Shown piece by piece: positions 28,263 to 33,457 of a DNA stretch of 33,457 nucleotides. Numbering within the stretch: the first letter of the stretch is position 1; each line of letters starts with the position of its first letter. The DNA is from Promethearchaeota archaeon. Lineage in GTDB: Archaea; Asgardarchaeota; Lokiarchaeia; Sigyniarchaeales; SOKP01. The stretch is from the NCBI GenBank assembly GCA_011364975.1, contig RDOE01000036.1, positions 1-33,457 on the forward strand, written 5' to 3'. A program made the translations under genes and the position numbers. The notes beneath the pieces were generated by a model, which saw only the letters and a program-made list of their open reading frames with translations, was not told the DNA's origin and did not search any database.

Positions 28263-28862
28263 ATGCCAAAAACAGAAAATGAAAAAGGTATTGTTGAGAT
28301 TGTTGATGGAAAATATAAACCGAGTGGAACATTTCATATCATAGAAAAAAATCAACCAATATTTGATAAAGATGCTAATAAATTAGCAGGAGTCACCAAT
28401 CCAAGAGATATGACATATATTCACTCATATGGCGGAGAAGCTATGTTTTTTGAATCTTTAGGTAAAGGAAAACTCATTGCTACTAGATGTGATAATGATA
28501 ATTGCGAATTTAAAGGTTCTATATACATGCCTTTTAGAATATATTGTCCAGATTGTTTAAGAAAAATGACACCATTAAATTTAACGGAAATAGCAAGAAA
28601 AACCGCAAAGGTACATTCTTATATCATCACTCATCGATCTGGAGCATTTAACACACTTGATCTACCTATAAAGTTTATAAATGTTGAATTCGATAATGTC
28701 GTAACAATTTTGATGAGTTATCTTGTTGTAGGTGAACCTGAGATTGGAAAACGAGTTGTACCTATTTTTAGAACAAAAAACCCAACCTATACAATAACAG
28801 ATCTTGCATTTGTTCCTGAAGGAACATTAAAATCCGAATTACCCGAAGGTTTTACATTCTAA
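28263..28862 (+). CDS. DUF35-family Zn-ribbon/OB-fold protein
   Basis: FFESLGKGKLIATRCDNDNC..PFRIYCPDC, VHSY, INVEFD, IGKRVVPIF; 4 nt after the thiolase stop, with SD AGGAGG. Confidence 0.85.
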   Translation: MPKTENEKGIVEIVDGKYKPSGTFHIIEKNQPIFDKDANKLAGVTNPRDMTYIHSYGGEAMFFESLGKGKLIATRCDNDNCEFKGSIYMPFRIYCPDCLRKMTPLNLTEIARKTAKVHSYIITHRSGAFNTLDLPIKFINVEFDNVVTILMSYLVVGEPEIGKRVVPIFRTKNPTYTITDLAFVPEGTLKSELPEGFTF

Positions 28863-28867
28863 TTAAC

Positions 28868-28876
28868 TTTTTTTTT
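28868..28876 (+). terminator. Oligo-T archaeal terminator after the thiolase-DUF35 operon
   Basis: T9 run beginning 6 nt after the stop codon, in a convergent intergenic region. Confidence 0.5.
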
Positions 28877-29090
28877 GTTATTTACATTGATTAATCTTAT
28901 CTTAGAATTGAGATGAGGTGTCTCTTAAGTATTTCACTTTTTATACTGGAAAGAATTATTTTTTGAGAGGAAAAACATATTATTTTCCACATTTTAATTC
29001 GATTGCATTATTTATTTAGCATGAATTCATACATTAAAGAAAAAAAAGATGAAAAGAAGATGTTTTAGTTTTTATTGACTGTTTCAGTTC

Positions 29091-29993
29091 TTATAAATCT
29101 ACATGTTCTTTCTTTAAATGAAAAATCTTTCTAGCTTCGTCACCTTGAGCAATTTTGCGTCCTGCTGCTTCAGCTACCTTTCTTGCCCAAGCTACTTGCT
29201 CATAACTTCCTTTAGCCAGTTCACCTGTTACAACACGAGTATTATCTTCTAAACCAACTCTTATATGACCACCTAACGCTGCAGCACAAAGTCCCGCTTG
29301 AAATTGTTGTTTAGAAACACCACATACGCTCCAAGTAGAATCTGGAGGTATAAGATCCAATAACAGTGAGAGATTTTTAGGGGAGAAGGGAATTCCACCG
29401 AGAACGCCCCAAACAAATTGGAAGTGAAGTGGTTGAGTAAATGAATCTTCTGATCTATTAAGAAATAGCATATTATACAATCCTCCCAAATCATAGATTT
29501 CCATTTCTGGTTTCGTTCCTACTTTCTTCATTTCTTTTGCAAATTTCGAAATTGTTTTAAAGGTATTCGCAAAGATATTATCCGCTCCCATACCAACTTT
29601 TCCCGTCCTATAATCACCTACTGCGAAATTCATCGATGCAGTATTTAGGGAGGCTAATGGTGGCTTAAAAGTTTGAACTGGTGCAATTCTTTGCTTATCC
29701 GTGGCGACTGAACTAATAGCAGTGCTTAAATTTATTATTATGTCAGGAGCTTTTGATTTGATGTTTTCCAGTACTGCTTTTATTAAATCTAACTCATGAG
29801 TTGGATTACCTTTTTCAGGATCTCGAGCATGAATATGGACTATTGCAGCACCAGCATCATAACATTTTTTCGCTTCATCGCCAAATTCTTCTGCGGTGTA
29901 AGGAACGCTTGGATTATTAGCCTTAGTTGTAATAGCACCAGCTAAAGCTGCTGATATTACTAATTTATTTTCTGGATTTGATTCTTCCGACAT
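29091..29993 (-). CDS. Beta-keto acid cleavage enzyme (BKACE/DUF849, 3-keto-5-aminohexanoate cleavage family)
   Basis: ALAGA, NPSVPYTAEE, AGAAIVHIHAR (HxH), STA, SMNF, KPEMEIYD, GGHIRVGLED; ATG 29993 follows AGTGATAAAA (the track starts at GTG 30002). Confidence 0.9.
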   Translation of the reverse strand: MSEESNPENKLVISAALAGAITTKANNPSVPYTAEEFGDEAKKCYDAGAAIVHIHARDPEKGNPTHELDLIKAVLENIKSKAPDIIINLSTAISSVATDKQRIAPVQTFKPPLASLNTASMNFAVGDYRTGKVGMGADNIFANTFKTISKFAKEMKKVGTKPEMEIYDLGGLYNMLFLNRSEDSFTQPLHFQFVWGVLGGIPFSPKNLSLLLDLIPPDSTWSVCGVSKQQFQAGLCAAALGGHIRVGLEDNTRVVTGELAKGSYEQVAWARKVAEAAGRKIAQGDEARKIFHLKKEHVDL

Positions 29994-30032
29994 TTTTATC
30001 ACTTTTTGGGTTATTTTACCTCTTTTTCAATT

Positions 30033-30065
30033 AGATTTGATCTTTATTAAATAAAGATTAAATTT
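30033..30065. promoter_or_regulatory. Inverted repeat in the divergent BKACE/thiolase promoter
   Basis: ATCTTTATT-A-AATAAAGAT perfect at 30040-30058; extends to 30033-30065 with two G/T mismatches. Confidence 0.5.
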
Positions 30066-30214
30066 CTTTGTATTTAAAGTTTAAAACGGGAAAAAAGTGA
30101 TTTTTACAATTATTTACTTTTTTGGTGATAATTTAAGAATAAAAGATTTTTATAGATTGAATAAAATATAATATTAATTTTCATATTTAAAGAACATAAA
30201 TAGAGAATCCAAAA

Positions 30215-31357
30215 ATGGATAAAATAGCTATAGTTGGTTGTGCTCAAACTAAATATGAAGCTGAAAAAATCGATTTAACAATCTCAGAACTCGTTTTTCA
30301 AGTTGTTAAACAACTTTATATGAATTTGGGTATAACTAATGATGATGTTGGATGTGTAATAACCAGCTCGAATGATTTTAATGATGGAAGAACTATCGCA
30401 AACATGGCGATACAAGATGCTGTAGGGTCTGTTCGAAAGTCTGAATCCAGAGTCTCTGGAGATGGGGCATTTGCTTTTATTTATGGAGCAATGAGAATTC
30501 TTTCTGAGTCATATGATACCGTTTTGGTTGTATCTCACTGTAAATGTTCTGAAGCAAACCAATATCTCGTTAATAATTCGATTTTTGATCCATATTATCA
30601 AAGACATCTAGGTTTAGATCAATTATCAGCATCAGGATTAATGGCAAATGTATATATGAATAAATACGGAATTAATGAAGAACAAGCAGCTAGAGTAGTG
30701 GTAAAAAACAGGACTAATGCTCTAAATAACCCATATGCTCATTTACAAGAACAAGTTTCTGTTAAAGATGTTCTTGACTCTAAAATGATGGCATTTCCTC
30801 TTAAAGAGTTGGACCTTCCTCCCTTTTCGGATGGGGCTGTTGCTATGTTATTAGCGAAAGAAAAAATCGCGAAAAAGATGACACACAATCCTGTATGGCT
30901 TAAAGGGTATGGAAGTTGTACCGATGCATATTATTTAGGACACCGAACCATGACAGATTTGATTGCATTAGAATTAGCAGCTAAAAAGGCATATCAAATG
31001 GCAGAGATTAGAAAACCTAAAGAAGAACTTGATTTTTGCGAAGTAAGTGAAAATTTCAGTTTCCATGAATTAATGATTTACGAAGCTTTAGGTTTGTGTA
31101 AAAAAGGAGAGGGAGGGAAATTTATTGAATCTGGAGAAACTCAGATGAGTGGAAGTATTCCAGTCAATCCTTCTGGGGGTGTCTTATCAAGCAATCCATC
31201 GATGGCTAATGGTTTAATTCGGGTAGCAGAGTGTACATTACAATTAATGGATAAAGCGGGCAAACGACAGGTACCCGATGCAAAAACTGGTTTAGCATAT
31301 GGCATGAATGGATTATGTTCACAAGGAAATTGTGTTATTATTTTAGGAGGTGAATAA
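30215..31357 (+). CDS. Thiolase-superfamily protein, Ltp4-like (no catalytic Cys)
   Basis: AIVGCAQT, SNDFNDG, SESRVSGDGAFA (cf. Ltp4-type ESHVEMDxAWA, from memory), NPYAHL, SDGAVA, VNPSGG.LSSNP. Confidence 0.8.
   Translation: MDKIAIVGCAQTKYEAEKIDLTISELVFQVVKQLYMNLGITNDDVGCVITSSNDFNDGRTIANMAIQDAVGSVRKSESRVSGDGAFAFIYGAMRILSESYDTVLVVSHCKCSEANQYLVNNSIFDPYYQRHLGLDQLSASGLMANVYMNKYGINEEQAARVVVKNRTNALNNPYAHLQEQVSVKDVLDSKMMAFPLKELDLPPFSDGAVAMLLAKEKIAKKMTHNPVWLKGYGSCTDAYYLGHRTMTDLIALELAAKKAYQMAEIRKPKEELDFCEVSENFSFHELMIYEALGLCKKGEGGKFIESGETQMSGSIPVNPSGGVLSSNPSMANGLIRVAECTLQLMDKAGKRQVPDAKTGLAYGMNGLCSQGNCVIILGGE
31345..31353 (+). promoter_or_regulatory. Strong Shine-Dalgarno site
   Basis: AGGAGGTGA 7 nt before ATG 31361, inside the last codons of the upstream gene. 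Confidence 0.7.
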
Positions 31358-31360
31358 AAA

Positions 31361-32527
31361 ATGCCTAAGCATGATGTTGCTGTTGTTGGAATAGGTCAAA
31401 TGAAATATAGAAGTAAAAGGATCGATGTAAATATTCCTGAAATGATTTATGAAGCTGTAAAAAATGCACTTGATAATGCCAAATTAGGACCAGAAGATAT
31501 TGATGCCGTCCTAATTGGAAATATGGACCATTTTGAAGGCATTAATTTTTCTGAGTTGTGGTGTGGAATTGATGCTGCACCAGGTTATTTGAAGCCTGTT
31601 GTAAAAATAGCAACGGGAGGAACAACAGGATCCTCATTAGCTATAAGTGGTTATCATAATGTTGCGTCTGGTATTTATGATAAAGTTTTAGTTGTAGGTT
31701 GGGAGAAATTGAATGAAGGAGGTGCCACTACAGGAATTATAACCGCGTTTGATCCCGTTTGGGAAAGACCATCATTAGCGGGAGCGTTAGGACCGTTGGC
31801 TTTAATGGCAAGCATGTATTCAGCAAAATATGGAATTACTTCAGAACAAGCAGCAAAAGTAACCGTTAAAAACCGAAGTAACGCTGCTAATAATCCATAT
31901 GCCCATCTACAGATGCCAGGTATAACGATTGATTATGTAATGAACTCACAAGTCATTTCATATCCCCTTAGATTGCATGATTGTTGTCCTCAAAGTGAAG
32001 GAGCCTGTGCTTTAATATATGCAAATGAAAATGAAGCGAAAAAGATAACAGACAATCCCGCATGGTTTCAGGCAGTCGAGACCGCACATTATTACACTTT
32101 TGGAACTGATGACGTGATGTTTGACCTTCCAACAGCTAAGATAGCTTCAACAAAAGCATATAAAAAAGCAAACATAAGAAATCCATTAAAGGATTTAGAT
32201 GTTGCTGAAATTTATGAACCTACTTCTTGGAGTGAATTATCTTGGACAGAAGCTTTAGGATTTGCCGAACCTGGAAAGGGAGGTAACTTGTTAGACGAAG
32301 GAATAACCCAAATGAGCGGTGAACTCCCCGTTAACCCTTCTGGGGGAGTTCTTAGTACAAATCCAATAGGAGCTACTGCTTTAATAAGAGTTGCAGAAGC
32401 AGCAACTCAGATTATGGGTCAGGGTGGAAAACGACAAGTTCCTGATGTTGAAAAAGCTCTAGCAATGGGATTTGGAGGTAGCTTATGGACCGAAATAATG
32501 ATCTTAGGAAATGAACCTATGAGGTGA
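31361..32527 (+). CDS. Thiolase-superfamily protein, Ltp3-like (no N-terminal catalytic Cys)
   Basis: VAVVGIGQ, DHFEG, KPVVKIATGGTTGSS, GWEK, NPYAHL, DCCPQSEGACA, AEIYEP, VNPSGGVLSTNPIGATALIR. Confidence 0.82.
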   Translation: MPKHDVAVVGIGQMKYRSKRIDVNIPEMIYEAVKNALDNAKLGPEDIDAVLIGNMDHFEGINFSELWCGIDAAPGYLKPVVKIATGGTTGSSLAISGYHNVASGIYDKVLVVGWEKLNEGGATTGIITAFDPVWERPSLAGALGPLALMASMYSAKYGITSEQAAKVTVKNRSNAANNPYAHLQMPGITIDYVMNSQVISYPLRLHDCCPQSEGACALIYANENEAKKITDNPAWFQAVETAHYYTFGTDDVMFDLPTAKIASTKAYKKANIRNPLKDLDVAEIYEPTSWSELSWTEALGFAEPGKGGNLLDEGITQMSGELPVNPSGGVLSTNPIGATALIRVAEAATQIMGQGGKRQVPDVEKALAMGFGGSLWTEIMILGNEPMR

Positions 32528-32532
32528 TAAAA

Positions 32533-33024
32533 ATGAGTAAAAAAAAAGGAAAAAAAGATTATTTTGAAATTAAATGGAAAACAGATTTGAAGTACCGCTA
32601 TTCTATTGGTAAGCTCGCTGTTAAATTTTTTGAGGAACTCAAGAAAAATAAAAAAATACTAGGAAGTAAATGCCCAAAATGTAATAAAGTACATTTTCCT
32701 CCAAGGGCTGTTTGTGCAGAATGTTTAGTTGAGATGACAATTGATGATATGGTTGAATTACCTCCAAAAGGTACTTTAGCGGGCTTTACAGTAATAAATT
32801 ATCCCTTTACTGATCCTTCAACAGGAGGAATTCGCCCATTTCCATACGGTTATGCATTATTTAAACTAGATGGTGCTGATACTTATACTATGCATTTTAT
32901 TAATGAAACAGATATTAGTAAGATGAAGATAGGGCAGCGAGTTGAGGCTGTGTTTAGTGAGAAACTAAAAGGGGATTTTACAGCAGATATTCCTTATTTT
33001 CGAATTATTAAAAAAGAGGGATAA
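32533..33024 (+). CDS. DUF35-family Zn-ribbon/OB-fold protein
   Basis: KFFEELK..ILGSKCPKC..PPRAVCAEC, GTLAGFTV, LFKLDGAD, IGQRVEAVF; ATG 32533 with SD GAGGTGA at 32521-32527. Confidence 0.9.
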   Translation: MSKKKGKKDYFEIKWKTDLKYRYSIGKLAVKFFEELKKNKKILGSKCPKCNKVHFPPRAVCAECLVEMTIDDMVELPPKGTLAGFTVINYPFTDPSTGGIRPFPYGYALFKLDGADTYTMHFINETDISKMKIGQRVEAVFSEKLKGDFTADIPYFRIIKKEG

Positions 33025-33040
33025 GAGAGGTGTATAAAAA

Positions 33041-33457
33041 TTGACAGAAGAATTAGAGAAAAAAGTATATCGGGGAAGAATTAAGGTTACGTATAAACAT
33101 ACTGGTGGAGCCTATGTTGAAAAATTTATAACTGCTATTGGCAAAGAACAAAAAATTATGGGGATTAAATGCCCTAAATGCCTAAAAGTTCAAGTACCAC
33201 CCAAAATGATTTGTTTCAAGTGCTTTGAGAAAATGGATGAATGGGTTGAATTAGGAAATGAGGGAACGCTTAAGGGATTCACAGTAGTCACTCATTCTAC
33301 ATCTGTAATGCCATTAGAACCACCCTTTGCATATGGTTTAATTAAGCTTGATGGTGCAGATACCGATTTCGTACATGTTATTAAAGAAAGTGATCCTAAG
33401 AACCTTCAAATTGGAATGAGAGTAAAGGCCGTTTTCAATGAAAAACCACGTAAAAGA
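33041..33457 (+). CDS. DUF35-family Zn-ribbon/OB-fold protein, 3'-truncated by the window edge (absent from the ORF track)
   Basis: Hand translation from TTG 33041 (SD GAGGTG at 33027-33032): MTEELEKKVYRGRIKVTYKHTGG..IMGIKCPKC..PPKMICFKC..GTLKGFTVV..LIKLDGADT..IGMRVKAVFNEKPRKR; no stop before the end. Confidence 0.88.
   Translation, partial: MTEELEKKVYRGRIKVTYKHTGGAYVEKFITAIGKEQKIMGIKCPKCLKVQVPPKMICFKCFEKMDEWVELGNEGTLKGFTVVTHSTSVMPLEPPFAYGLIKLDGADTDFVHVIKESDPKNLQIGMRVKAVFNEKPRKR

Noticed and set aside
26837-28862. Thiolase+DUF35 as the mevalonate-pathway acetoacetyl-CoA thiolase
   Set aside because: The nucleophilic Cys motif is absent and no HMG-CoA synthase is adjacent
28863-29090. 228-nt convergent intergenic region with a small hairpin (GAGAT-GAGGT-GTCTC) and palindrome ATGAATTCAT as a possible ncRNA or SECIS
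   Set aside because: Stems are very short, there is no GC enrichment, no in-frame UGA selenoprotein candidate is nearby, and T/A tracts suffice as terminators
29273-29494. ORF 29273..29494(-)
   Set aside because: Alternative frame nested inside the BKACE gene; no independent support
1-33457. tRNA, rRNA, CRISPR array, transposase or integrase
   Set aside because: Intergenic gaps are short and AT-rich with no cloverleaf or regularly spaced repeats seen by eye; no mobile-element motifs in any ORF

Overview
AT-rich, gene-dense archaeal chromosomal segment with 28 CDSs (the last is truncated by the window edge and missing from the supplied ORF track). The gene content points to an Asgard archaeon, probably Lokiarchaeia; this is an inference from H4MPT C1 genes, an archaeal/eukaryotic-type GlyRS, TPR proteins, a stand-alone 7TM protein and many thiolase/DUF35/ACAD genes. 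From left to right: a small ORF, divergent mtd/ftr, two co-transcribed membrane-anchored surface proteins, glyS, a 7TM / coiled-coil / GNAT / GNAT / membrane-acetyltransferase-like run, two TPR genes, amrS, a membrane protein, glpD, a PfkB kinase and a YprB-like nuclease. The window ends in an ~11 kb acyl-CoA cluster: 2 Zn-dehydrogenases, an ACAD, 3 thiolase-fold proteins that all lack the nucleophilic Cys, 3 DUF35 proteins and a BKACE. Two related palindromes lie in the cluster's two divergent promoter regions. No rRNA, tRNA, CRISPR array or mobile element was recognised. The best candidates for an undescribed system are the Cys-less thiolase/DUF35/BKACE cluster, the coiled-coil plus twin-GNAT operon, and the paired surface proteins. 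All family assignments come from motifs read by eye; no database search was run.
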